Shown here one piece after another: positions 1 through 9,760 of a DNA stretch of 64,000 bases. This DNA is from an uncultured Thermoplasmatales archaeon. GTDB lineage: Archaea; Thermoplasmatota; E2; DHVEG-1. The notes under the pieces are model-generated. The model was not told where the DNA came from, made no database searches, and worked only from the letters and a program-made list of their open reading frames with translations. How positions within the stretch are numbered: the first letter of the stretch is position 1; every line of letters begins with the position of its first letter. A program made the position numbers and the translations under genes. The stretch spans positions 7,497 through 71,496 of the forward strand of contig CAZTFR010000002.1 in NCBI GenBank assembly GCA_964612945.1, written 5' to 3'.

Positions 1-512
1 TTTGCATGAGTTTGAAGGTCCATAGCGGTGAGAATATCGTTGATGTTTGCTCGGTTTTTGTAGAGTTTTGCAAAATACTCAAGTGTTTCTCGCACGGTTA
101 ATCGCTCAAATGAGTGGAATTCTTGGGGGAGTACACCGATTTTTTCTTTAACGTCGTTAAAGTGTGTTTTAATGTTTTTTCCCAGTAGATTGATGGTTCC
201 AGCGGTGGGTTGTCTGATGGATTCGATCATTTCTACGGTGGTTGTTTTGCCTGCTCCGTTTGGTCCGAGAAAGGCAAAGATGGTGCCTTGTTGTACTTGA
301 AAGGAGATGTTGTTTACTGCAACCAGGTTTCCGTATTCTTTTCGGAGTCCTTTAACTTCGATTGCGTGGGTTTTTTCTGTTTGCTCTCCGGGTAGTTTGA
401 TGCGTCCTTTTTGGTGGCAGTGTGGGCAGGTGACGATTTGGTATTCTCCTGGTGTGCCTGAAAAGGAGGTGATGTGGTTGCATTGTGGGCATTTAAAGGA
501 GTGTTTTGTCAT
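1..512 (-). CDS. ABC transporter ATP-binding protein with N-terminal zinc-ribbon extension (3' end outside window)
   Basis: Hand translation from ATG at 512: MTKHSFKCPQCNH...VTCPHCHQKG...IEVKGLRKEYGNLVAVNNISFQV...FAFLGPNGAGKTTT (Walker A)...IGVLPQE (Q-loop). Absent from the ORF track because it runs off the edge. Confidence 0.9.
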   Translation of the reverse strand, partial: MTKHSFKCPQCNHITSFSGTPGEYQIVTCPHCHQKGRIKLPGEQTEKTHAIEVKGLRKEYGNLVAVNNISFQVQQGTIFAFLGPNGAGKTTTVEMIESIRQPTAGTINLLGKNIKTHFNDVKEKIGVLPQEFHSFERLTVRETLEYFAKLYKNRANINDILTAMDLQTHA

Positions 513-596
513 AGGTCTTCTTGAAGAGATAACTCTTTTTTTATATTAATTAATAAAAGTGAATAAAAAAAGGTGTATTTATCTGTTCGCACCCTG

Positions 597-1274
597 CTAG
601 AGTTGTTTTTTCTCAGTCATGTTAAGTGATTCATCAAATGTGTAGAGGAGTGGTACGCCGGTGGGTATCTCCTGGTTGGGTATGTCGTGTTCGGAGATGT
701 TTTCGACATGCATAATGATGGATCGGAGGCTGTTTCCGTGTGCAGAGACTAGGACGGTGTGTCCTTGTTGTAGTTGTGGGATGATGTGTTTTTTGTAGTA
801 GGGGATGGTTCGTTCGCAGGTGTCTTTTAGGCTTTCTCCGTTGGGTGGGTTGACGTCGTAGCTCCGTCGCCAGAGGTGGACTTGTTCTTCGCCGTGTTTT
901 TCTCGTGTTTTTTGTTTGTTTAGCCCCTGGAGGTCTCCGTAGTATCGTTCGGCGAGATCAACGGAAATGTAGACTGGTATTTCGGTTGAGGAATCACCGG
1001 TGTGGTGTTCCCAGTCGCGGATGCGTTTGTCTTCGTGGTGGATGATGGGTGTGCGGTCGTCGTTGAGTTCGAGGAGGATGTAATGTAGGGTTTGTATTGC
1101 TCGGAGCATATGGGAGACAAATATGGTGTCAAAATGGATGTCTTTGAGTTTTTTTCCTGCGGTGATTGCTTCGTTGATTCCTTTTTCTGAGAGAGGGACG
1201 TCGACCCAGCCGGTGAATCGGTTTTCCAGGTTCCATTGTGATTGGCCGTGTCTGACGAGGATGAGTTGTGCCAT
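597..1274 (-). CDS. gpmA: 2,3-bisphosphoglycerate-dependent phosphoglycerate mutase
   Basis: LVRHGQSQWNLENRFTGWVDV, ERYYGDLQGLNK, WRRSY and AHGNSLR motifs. Start placed at MAQLIL (1274); the ORF track starts at 1313. Confidence 0.93.
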   Translation of the reverse strand: MAQLILVRHGQSQWNLENRFTGWVDVPLSEKGINEAITAGKKLKDIHFDTIFVSHMLRAIQTLHYILLELNDDRTPIIHHEDKRIRDWEHHTGDSSTEIPVYISVDLAERYYGDLQGLNKQKTREKHGEEQVHLWRRSYDVNPPNGESLKDTCERTIPYYKKHIIPQLQQGHTVLVSAHGNSLRSIIMHVENISEHDIPNQEIPTGVPLLYTFDESLNMTEKKQL

Positions 1275-1674
1275 GTTTTTCTTTACCGCCTTTGATTCTG
1301 AGTAGGAGGTCATTGTGTTGGTAGTATTAATTTTTAATTGTACTACGTCAAATTAGATGCTGATGCATTCTTTTTTTTTGAATTCTCTCTGCTGTATGCT
1401 TTTGTTTCTTCTGTTTTCTTCTTTTATTAAACTATGAGACTATTCTGTAAGGTATCTTACATGTTACTGTCCTTACATCATCTGATTAAAAATACTCGTC
1501 GGGAAACATAATTAGTATTATAGGCCCGAGGATAAAACCTGCCATCGTACTGTATTTTAGATTTTTCATTTCGTCTGCATTATATATAACACTAATGTAA
1601 AAAAACCCCAAAGCCTCTCACAGGTGTTCGAATAATTAAAGTCTCACGGGCTTGCATAACATCCTTTGTTCCAT

Positions 1675-2380
1675 TTATGGTATTATTAGGTGATCGGGTC
1701 CATAGGTGAGGACGTCATCTTCAAGCCCAGAAATATGGATTTTCCATTCCACGTTATGAATATCATATTGTCCTTTATTCTGAATTATTGTTGATATATA
1801 GAACAGGCGATTTCTATTTTTCACCGAAATCTCCGTGGTCATATTGATCACAATTGGTTCCGACCAATTGGATTCCAAACCTGGGGAATCCCGTGCCTTC
1901 ACACGGACCTTAAAAAAACCTTGATCATGCCATTTATGACCAAATCGGAAGGGGATATCATGTTCATTCAGAAGGCTCCAACCTGTGGTGGTGCCATCAC
2001 CCCAGTCGATATAATAAGAAACCGGATGTCTCTCCGGGTCTCTTGCAGTCACCCAGAATCTATGGTCATCATGGACTTCTCCCTTTGTCGGCCCGGTGAA
2101 CTCCAGGATCTCCGGTGGAGTACTTTCCTTGATGGTCCCAAAGGCGTGAAGGTAACAGAATTCTGAGGTATGGTGAAAACCAAAAGAGACAACCTACAGT
2201 GTTCCATCTGCGCCGATACAGGGTGCTGCTTCGCCACCATCAGTAAAGCAGAGTGTTTTACGCCATTTTTCTGTTCCGTCGGATCGTATGGCATACAGAA
2301 TGCTGTCTTTATAATATTCATGGTTGGTGACAAAGTAGATGGTACCATCTGGCCTGTTACAGGGTGTTCCTCCTCGGACA
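1675..2380 (-). pseudogene. remnant of a secreted PQQ-type beta-propeller + PKD-domain protein
   Basis: ORFs 2194..2433 and 1675..2052 share a frame and are separated by TAG at 2194-2196: ...DGTIYF...LYAIRSDGTEKW...IGADGTL*VVSF...YLHAFG...VSYYIDWGDG...VRVKARDSPGLESNWS. No signal peptide or 5' part. Confidence 0.7.
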
Positions 2381-2384
2381 ATTA

Positions 2385-2569
2385 ATAGCAGTAGTGAGCT
2401 TGGCCTTGACACGATTTTCAATGGAACAATCAAGACAAGTGATCTTACTTATGGAAGCGGTATGTATCGTGTGTATGCGGCGTTGTGTGATCCTGATGGT
2501 GAGGTGTTGGTGACGAGTGATGAGGTGGTGCTTGCTGCTTGGTGGGAGTTTACTGCTGATGTAGAGTAA
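2385..2569 (+). pseudogene. 3' fragment of an unknown protein
   Basis: Protein-like C-terminus (FNGTIKTSDLTYGSGMYRVYAALCDPDGEVL...WWEFTADVE*) with no credible start; abuts the opposite-strand remnant. Confidence 0.45.
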
Positions 2570-2635
2570 AAATAATAAGAGACAGTATTTCCCTTTTCCC
2601 CTTTTTTTTGATTTACTTCAGCATGAAAAAGAAAT

Positions 2636-4132
2636 TTATTGGTATATTGTTTTGTATTTGTCTTTCAGATACTCTAAATAGGTTGTAGCGTGAAGGCTGT
2701 TTCCGCAGGCTTTTTTGATGATGTGATCGGCGGTGTGTTTGCGTCCTTGCTGATGGATATGGGTACGTAGCCATTGCAGTATCCTTGTAAAATCATTCTG
2801 TCGAATATCTTCTTCGATGCGAGGATGCCTGGTTTTGAGTGCCTGGTAGAGTTGTGCAGCGTAGATTGAACCTATGGCGTAGGTGGGGAAGTATCCGAAG
2901 CTTCCTCCACTCCAATGCATGTCCTGAAGCACTCCTTCGACATCATGTTTCGGGGTGACACCGAGGTATTCCTGCATTGTTTCATTCCACCTTTCAGGTA
3001 GATCGTGAATGCGTATTTCCCCGTTGATGAGTTGTAGTTCGAGTTCGAATCGAAGGATGACATGCAGGCAGTAGGTGAGTTCATCTGCTTCTACACGGAT
3101 AAGAGATGGTCGTACAGCGTTGATGTGTTGATACCACTCTTCACGTGTGAAAGAGATATGATCTGGTCCGATGATGTGTTGTAGTTTTGGGTAAAATCCC
3201 TGCCAAAAGGGGTAGCTTCGTGCAATCATGTTCTCCCAGAATCGTGATTGTGATTCATGAAGCCCCAGTGAGGGTGCATCAGATATCACGGTGTCTGCGT
3301 ACTCTTTCTGGGGAAGACCAAGCTCGTAGAGGGCATGTCCTGCCTCATGGATGGTTGAAAAAAAAGAAAATAAAGGGCTTTCCTGTTTGTAGTTGGTGGT
3401 GATGCGTACATCATTTCTGCCAAGGGAGGTGGTGAATGGATGTGTGGATTGATCCAGTCGGGCGCAATCGGTAGGAAACAGAAGATCTGATAACACCTGG
3501 TCTCCCATCTGTTGTTGTTTTTCAAGGGGAATTGACATAGGTTTTATTTCTTGTTTTTTGTCTAGGTGAAGCTGTTCGAGGAGGCGTGTCAGCTCCTTTC
3601 GTAGGGTGTGAAACTCACGTTTGAGAACGTCTACGGTCATCCCCTCCTCGTAGTCATCCAGCAGGCTGTTATAGGCAGGTCCGGGGAGGTCGATGTAGGT
3701 GCAGTACTCTTGTTCGAGGGTGATGATTTGTTTGAGATGTGGTGCAAATACGCTGTACTTTTTTGCACTGCGTGCCTGTTCCCATGCCTGGTAGGCAAGG
3801 GTGGTGGTTTTTGCCATTTTTTCGACAAAGCTTGAGGGTATTTTTCGTGCTTTATCGACATCTTTTTTCAATCGGCTGAGTACCAGTTGCTGATCTTTTT
3901 TGAGCTGTTCAAAAATGTCAGGTCGAGTAAGATGAGTGATGTGTTTATAGAACGAATCAGAGGTGACTTTTTCATGGGCCAGACGGCTGAGCAGAGAGAG
4001 TTGTTTTGAGCGATCCGCAGCTGCCTTGCTGGGCATATAGGTCATCTGATCCCAGCCGAGCAGTGCAGAGATTTCACCAAAGGTTCCTAGTTCTTTTTGT
4101 TGTTGATAGACAAAACTAAGGGAGTCTTTCAT
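2636..4132 (-). CDS. carboxypeptidase Taq family metallopeptidase (M32)
   Basis: HPFT, DVRIT, HEAGH (HEXXH), HESQSRFWEN, IRVEADE, GVLQDMHW motifs. Confidence 0.95.
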   Translation of the reverse strand: MKDSLSFVYQQQKELGTFGEISALLGWDQMTYMPSKAAADRSKQLSLLSRLAHEKVTSDSFYKHITHLTRPDIFEQLKKDQQLVLSRLKKDVDKARKIPSSFVEKMAKTTTLAYQAWEQARSAKKYSVFAPHLKQIITLEQEYCTYIDLPGPAYNSLLDDYEEGMTVDVLKREFHTLRKELTRLLEQLHLDKKQEIKPMSIPLEKQQQMGDQVLSDLLFPTDCARLDQSTHPFTTSLGRNDVRITTNYKQESPLFSFFSTIHEAGHALYELGLPQKEYADTVISDAPSLGLHESQSRFWENMIARSYPFWQGFYPKLQHIIGPDHISFTREEWYQHINAVRPSLIRVEADELTYCLHVILRFELELQLINGEIRIHDLPERWNETMQEYLGVTPKHDVEGVLQDMHWSGGSFGYFPTYAIGSIYAAQLYQALKTRHPRIEEDIRQNDFTRILQWLRTHIHQQGRKHTADHIIKKACGNSLHATTYLEYLKDKYKTIYQ

Positions 4133-4920
4133 GTATGTTCACCTTCAACGTCAAGTTCGATTCCTACAGGGCAGTGATCTGATCCCATTACGTCAGGGAG
4201 GATGTAGGCGTCTTTGAGATGAGGCTTAAGTTCTTTGTTGATGAAGAAATAGTCGATGCGCCATCCAACGTTTCGCTCTCGGGCACGTGTTTTGTAGTCC
4301 CACCAGCTGTACTGTTCAGCTTCTTTATGGAACTGTCGAAAGGTGTCGATGTAGCCATGGTCGATGAAGGTGTCAAGCCAGCCCCGTTCGACGGGCAGAA
4401 ACCCGGAGTTTTTTTCGTTTTCTTTAGGTCGAGCAAGATCGATTTCTTTGTGTGCAGTGTTGAAATCACCACAGACGATGATATGTTCACCCTGTGCTCT
4501 GAGGTTGTCTGTATAGGAGAGAAAGGTATCGTAGAAGTCAAGTTTATACTCGAGTCGTTCCTTGTTTTTTTTGCCGTTAGGAAAGTAGATGTTAAACAGA
4601 GTGAACTGGGGGTATTTGCTAATCAGGATACGTCCTTCGGAATCGAATCGTTCGATGCCAAATCCTTTCAAAACTTCGGTGGGTTGTGGTTTAGAGTAAG
4701 TAGCAACGCCGCTATATCCTTTTTTCTGGGCGGAATGAAAAACAATGTGATAGCCTGGTGTGTTGCGTAGATAGGGGGGTATTTGATCTTTTGAGGCCTT
4801 GATTTCTTGCAGGCAGAGGATATCTGGTTGTTTGTTTTGAAACCAGGTGAAAAGTCCCTTACGATCCGCTGCTCTGATTCCGTTGACGTTCCAGCAGAGA
4901 ATATGCATATAGGTTCTCAT
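4129..4920 (-). CDS. xth: exodeoxyribonuclease III / AP endonuclease
   Basis: WNVNGIRA, LQEIK, GYSGVA, YFPNG, GDFNTAH, GWRIDY, SDHCP motifs. Start may be 4908. Confidence 0.95.
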   Translation of the reverse strand: MRTYMHILCWNVNGIRAADRKGLFTWFQNKQPDILCLQEIKASKDQIPPYLRNTPGYHIVFHSAQKKGYSGVATYSKPQPTEVLKGFGIERFDSEGRILISKYPQFTLFNIYFPNGKKNKERLEYKLDFYDTFLSYTDNLRAQGEHIIVCGDFNTAHKEIDLARPKENEKNSGFLPVERGWLDTFIDHGYIDTFRQFHKEAEQYSWWDYKTRARERNVGWRIDYFFINKELKPHLKDAYILPDVMGSDHCPVGIELDVEGEHT

Positions 4921-5118
4921 GATTCGTCAGCTGTTTATAAAAATTACATTGTTTGCCGAACTGAATACTTTCAATGAACCCCCCTTGAGATATATAAAGA
5001 ACAAACTCCTTTGCGGGTTTAACATGACGCACGATACGGGGGACATGCCAGCACCCTCCTCTGCTGGCATTTCTGCCATTATTTTCCTTTGATCATTTCA
5101 GTCATCCCATCCCTCTCT

Positions 5119-5152
<34 letters not shown>

Positions 5153-5191
5153 CACAATTCTTTTTTAATACAAGAAGTATGTGGGGCATAC

Positions 5192-5974
5192 ATGATCATT
5201 CTCAAACTAGGAGGAAGTGTGATCACTGATAAATCAAAAGTGCATCATTTTCATAAAGAAACTATGGCCCGTCTTGCAGCTGAAATCAAAAAAGCAGATA
5301 AGCAGTGTATCGTGATTCATGGTGCCGGATCGTTTGGTCATATTCCCGCAAAGAAATATCAGCTCAGTAAGGGATATGAGAACTCGGATCAACTCCTCGG
5401 TGTCTGCGAAACACAGGGCAGTGTCTTTGCGCTGAACACCTTGGTTGTTTCGGCGTTGCATCAGGCTGGTGTTTGTGCCGTGTCACTGCCACCGCGTGCT
5501 ATGCTCCAGCTCGAGCATCAAAAGCTTAACAAGTTTTCCTTTGATCTCTTCGAAGGCTACCTTTCCCTTGGATTCACCCCGGTAAGCTTTGGAGATGTAG
5601 TACTCGATACCAAACAGGGCTTTGCGATCTGCTCTGGGGATCTTCTCATCAGCACGCTCGTCCGTCATTTCAAACCTGAAAAGGTTGTCTTTGTCTTTGA
5701 CGAGGATGGCCTCTACACCGCAAATCCCAAGCACAATGCCGATGCTACCCTTGTCAATACAATTTCAGTTGATGATTTTCCCCGTGTAGGCCTTCAGGCA
5801 GACACACATGATGATGTCACCCAGGGCATGCGGGGAAAGCTACAGGTCATAAAAGAAATTGCCTCGCAGGGGATTGATAGCTTTCTTGTCAACGGTAATA
5901 TAGATAACAGGCTTTATCATACACTGATGGGAAAAGAAACCATTCATACCAGAATTATTGGAGGGCCCCTATGA
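5192..5974 (+). CDS. ipk: isopentenyl phosphate kinase
   Basis: KLGGSVITDK, HGAGSFGH, SGD, DVTQGMRGK of the amino-acid-kinase fold; upstream of IDI-2. Confidence 0.92.
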   Translation: MIILKLGGSVITDKSKVHHFHKETMARLAAEIKKADKQCIVIHGAGSFGHIPAKKYQLSKGYENSDQLLGVCETQGSVFALNTLVVSALHQAGVCAVSLPPRAMLQLEHQKLNKFSFDLFEGYLSLGFTPVSFGDVVLDTKQGFAICSGDLLISTLVRHFKPEKVVFVFDEDGLYTANPKHNADATLVNTISVDDFPRVGLQADTHDDVTQGMRGKLQVIKEIASQGIDSFLVNGNIDNRLYHTLMGKETIHTRIIGGPL

Positions 5975-7017
5975 ACATCACGGAGCAACGAAAACGTGAT
6001 CACATCCAGATCTCACTTGATGAAAACATCTCTGCACATCACAACTACTGGGATGATGTCCATCTTGTCCATAATGCATTACCGGAGATCAATGTAGATG
6101 AAATTGATACCACCATCGCGCTGTTTAAAAAAAAACTTAGTGCACCCTTGGTTATATCGGCGATGACCGGAGGGTATGCACAGGGAAAACATATCAATGA
6201 AAATCTGGCTAAGGCCGCCGAAAAATTTCAACTTGCAATGGGCGTGGGATCACAACGAGCAGCCTTGGAAAACAAGGATCTTATTCAGACCTACAGCGTC
6301 ATCAAGGAGTATGATATTCCCCTTAAAATCGCAAACATCGGAGCCTCACAACTCGCACTCTGGGATAAAAAAAAGATATTGAACAATGCAAACGCCATTG
6401 TCGACATGATTAATGCTGACATCCTTGCAGTATGCTTGAATTTTCTTCAAGAAGTCGTGCAACCTGAAGGAGAAGCCCATGCAAAAGGATGCCTGGAAAA
6501 AATCACAATGCTTTCTAAAGAGTTCAACCGACCGATTCTCATCAAAGAAAGCGGCGCGGGCATCTCAGGAACCGTGGCAAGTAAATTACGAAAAACAAAC
6601 ATCGCCGGCATCGACATCGGCGGCCTGGGCGGCACCTCTTTTTCCGCCGTGGAATACTACCGAGCCAAACAAGCAGCTGATGAATTTAACATGCGCGAAG
6701 GACAAACCTTCTGGGATTGGGGTATACCCACCCCAACAGCTCTTCTTCAAACCGGCCAAGCAACCGGGTGGGATCTTCCCCTTATCGCAACCGGTGGCAT
6801 CAGAAATGGTCTTGACGTAGCAAAAGCAATACCTCTTGGGGCAAATGCAGCAGGCATCGCCCATGCCCTCCTCAAACCTGCCACTAAAACCGCAGATGCA
6901 ACCACCTTCGAACTCGAGGTTATCATCAGAGAATTAACCACGGCGATGTTTCTTGTTGGCGCAGAAAAGGTAACTGATCTTTCAGGTGTGAAAGTCCATT
7001 ATGAACCTCATTACTAA
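5971..7017 (+). CDS. fni: type 2 isopentenyl-diphosphate delta-isomerase
   Basis: RKRDHI, SAMTGG, GVGSQR, LNFLQE, KESGAG, GGTSF, WGIPT, ATGGIRNG motifs. Confidence 0.95.
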   Translation: MNITEQRKRDHIQISLDENISAHHNYWDDVHLVHNALPEINVDEIDTTIALFKKKLSAPLVISAMTGGYAQGKHINENLAKAAEKFQLAMGVGSQRAALENKDLIQTYSVIKEYDIPLKIANIGASQLALWDKKKILNNANAIVDMINADILAVCLNFLQEVVQPEGEAHAKGCLEKITMLSKEFNRPILIKESGAGISGTVASKLRKTNIAGIDIGGLGGTSFSAVEYYRAKQAADEFNMREGQTFWDWGIPTPTALLQTGQATGWDLPLIATGGIRNGLDVAKAIPLGANAAGIAHALLKPATKTADATTFELEVIIRELTTAMFLVGAEKVTDLSGVKVHYEPHY

Positions 7018-7984
7018 ACTCCAAGAATATGCCGACCAGTTCAACGAGTACTGGGAATCATATCTCCGCATTAAAAAACCACAGACACTATACAAGGCAG
7101 CAGCGCATCTTCCCCATGGTGGCGGTAAACGACTCCGGCCTACACTCAGCATGCTTGCCTGTGAAAGCGTCGGTGGCACACGAAAACAAGCACTTCCCTT
7201 CGGCGCCTCACTTGAACTTACTCATAACTTCACCCTTGTCCACGATGACATCATGGATCATTCACAACTTCGACGAAACCTTCCCACCGTTCATCTTAAA
7301 TACGGCGAACCCACCGCCATTCTCGCCGGTGATCTGATGTTTACCACCTCCTTTCAAGCCATGCAAGATGCCCCAGTTGCATCACATATTTTGAAACAAC
7401 TTAACCAAGGACTCATTGCCTGTGTTCTTGCCATCTGCGAGGGACAACAACTTGACATAGAATTCGAACAAAAAGATCACATCACCGAACAAGAATATTT
7501 CGAGATGATCACCAAAAAAACAGCAGTCCTTTTTGAGTTTGCCGCATACGGCGGTGCTCTTATTGCTGGCGGAACAGAGCAGCAAGCACACGCTCTGAAA
7601 AACTATGGAAGACAACTTGGACTTGCCTTTCAGATCTGGGATGACTATCTCGACATGAGCAGCGATGAAGAAACACTTGGAAAAGACATCGGAAATGACA
7701 TACGCAATGGAAAAAAAACACTTATTGCCGTTTACGCACTTGAACATGCAACAGGCGCACAAAAGCAACTCCTTCAGCGCGTATTTGGCAATGCACAGGC
7801 AACTGATGAAGACATAAGACAAGTATGTAGCATATTCAAAGAAATCGGTGCTATACTCTATGCCCGGGACAAAGCAAGGCAGTTCAACAAACAAGCAAAA
7901 CAAGAACTCGCCATGCTCCCAAAGAGCAAGGCAAAAACAATACTACATGACCTGGCAGATTTTGCCATCGAGCGGGAAACATAA
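7001..7984 (+). CDS. idsA: geranylgeranyl diphosphate synthase (short-chain polyprenyl synthase)
   Basis: GGKRLRP, first aspartate-rich motif DDIMD with Phe five residues upstream (short-chain type), GQQLD, KKTA, second motif DDYLD. Confidence 0.92.
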   Translation: MNLITKLQEYADQFNEYWESYLRIKKPQTLYKAAAHLPHGGGKRLRPTLSMLACESVGGTRKQALPFGASLELTHNFTLVHDDIMDHSQLRRNLPTVHLKYGEPTAILAGDLMFTTSFQAMQDAPVASHILKQLNQGLIACVLAICEGQQLDIEFEQKDHITEQEYFEMITKKTAVLFEFAAYGGALIAGGTEQQAHALKNYGRQLGLAFQIWDDYLDMSSDEETLGKDIGNDIRNGKKTLIAVYALEHATGAQKQLLQRVFGNAQATDEDIRQVCSIFKEIGAILYARDKARQFNKQAKQELAMLPKSKAKTILHDLADFAIERET

Positions 7985-7987
7985 CGC

Positions 7988-9706
7988 ATGTCTTCAAACA
8001 AAAAAATAACAGAAACCGCACGAAAATACGCCCTCCAAAATGCTGTCCACTTCAATGGAACCGCACATCCCAAGGCGGTTATTGGAAAAGTGATTGCCGC
8101 CTTCAAAGATTCTGCGATTCAGCCACAAGAAATTATTCCTATCGTTCAAAAAATAGTCCAAGAAGTAAACACGTTTTCAATTGATCAACAACGACAGGAA
8201 CTGGAAACACTGGCGCCTGAGCTTCTTGTCAAAGAAAAAAAAGAACGTGATTTTTCACTCCCCCCACTTTCTAATGCAGAGAATGGAAAGGTTGTTACCC
8301 GCTTTCCACCTGAGCCAAACGGTTATCTACACATCGGACACGCCAAAGCAGCAATTATCGATTACCAGTATGCTCGACTGTATGAAGGTATCTTCATCCT
8401 TCGCTTTGATGATACCAACCCGGAACATGCAGACCCTGAGTTTTACGATGCACAAAAAGAAGATCTTCACTGGCTTGATATCCAATGGCAAAAAGAGTAT
8501 TGCACCTCAAATAACCTTGAGACACATTACAAACTCGCCGAGCAATTACTCCGCCAGGGAGATGCCTATCTCTGTAAATGCACCCCTGAGACCATAAAAA
8601 AGGGACGCTACTTTGGCAAAGCCTGCAGCTGCCGTAACGGAATCGGTGAAGAAGCGATAGATCGTTGGCATCTGCTCCTACACTCTGGTGAAACCAACGC
8701 AGGGATCCTTCGTCTGAAAGGAAATATGAGCAGTGTGAATACTGCCATGCGTGATCCCACCCTGTTTCGCATCATCGAGTCACCACATCCTCTTCAGGGT
8801 GACAAATATCGCATGTGGCCAACGTATGATTTCGCCGGTGCAGTTGAAGACAGCATCAGCGGGGTAACCCATCCCTTTCGTACCAAAGAATATGAACTCA
8901 GAGACGAAGTCTACTTTCACATTTTAAGCCTTCTTGATCTCCGGTGCCCTCATCTCATGGAATTCTCCCGACTATCCATCACCGGCATGCCTGTCTCAAA
9001 ACGAAAAATCAAACCTCTCATCGACAGTGGACAAGTAGACGGCTATGATGACATCCGGCTGCCAACCCTCCGGGGACTTCAAAAACGCGGAATCTTACCA
9101 GAGGCGATTAAAAACTTTGTGCTCTCCCAAGGCATCTCAAAGGTGGAATCCTCAGTTGACTTTAGCCTTCTTGAAGCTGAAAACAGAAAACTTCTTGACC
9201 CACAGGTTAAACGCCTCTTTTTTGTAGCAAATCCAATCTGTCTTCATGTCACCGATGCACCACATAAAACCGTCTCCTTACCCTATCATCCATCTAATGA
9301 TTTAGGAAAACGAACTATGCAGACGGGGAATACGTTTTTTATCGACCGAACTGATGCAGCACAGATAAACAAAGGTGAGATCTTCCGTCTTAAAGGACTC
9401 TATAACATCCGTTTAACTGAGAAAGGCAAAAATCTATCAGGCGAATTTGCTGGTGAAAAGATTATCCCTGAATCCTCAAAGATACAATGGACACCTGAAG
9501 ATTATATTTCAATGGATGTTAGTATTCCTGATTTGTTGTTTCATAAGGATTCCTTCAATGAAAAAAGTCTTACCCGTATCAAAGGATATGCAGAGCCCGC
9601 AGTTAAAACGGTATCCCATGGGGAACAGGTACAATTTGAACGCTTCGGCTTTGTGCGCATTAGTAAATCTGACAACAAAATCCAGGCCTTTTTTACTCAC
9701 AAGTAA
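7988..9706 (+). CDS. gltX: glutamate--tRNA ligase (archaeal type)
   Basis: RFPPEPNGYLHIGH, LRFDDTNP, VSKRKI, QFERFGF. Confidence 0.95.
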   Translation: MSSNKKITETARKYALQNAVHFNGTAHPKAVIGKVIAAFKDSAIQPQEIIPIVQKIVQEVNTFSIDQQRQELETLAPELLVKEKKERDFSLPPLSNAENGKVVTRFPPEPNGYLHIGHAKAAIIDYQYARLYEGIFILRFDDTNPEHADPEFYDAQKEDLHWLDIQWQKEYCTSNNLETHYKLAEQLLRQGDAYLCKCTPETIKKGRYFGKACSCRNGIGEEAIDRWHLLLHSGETNAGILRLKGNMSSVNTAMRDPTLFRIIESPHPLQGDKYRMWPTYDFAGAVEDSISGVTHPFRTKEYELRDEVYFHILSLLDLRCPHLMEFSRLSITGMPVSKRKIKPLIDSGQVDGYDDIRLPTLRGLQKRGILPEAIKNFVLSQGISKVESSVDFSLLEAENRKLLDPQVKRLFFVANPICLHVTDAPHKTVSLPYHPSNDLGKRTMQTGNTFFIDRTDAAQINKGEIFRLKGLYNIRLTEKGKNLSGEFAGEKIIPESSKIQWTPEDYISMDVSIPDLLFHKDSFNEKSLTRIKGYAEPAVKTVSHGEQVQFERFGFVRISKSDNKIQAFFTHK

Positions 9707-9760
9707 ACTTTTTAAATCTCTTCTCAATTCTTATAGGGAGAAGGGATGTAATCTGTCGGG

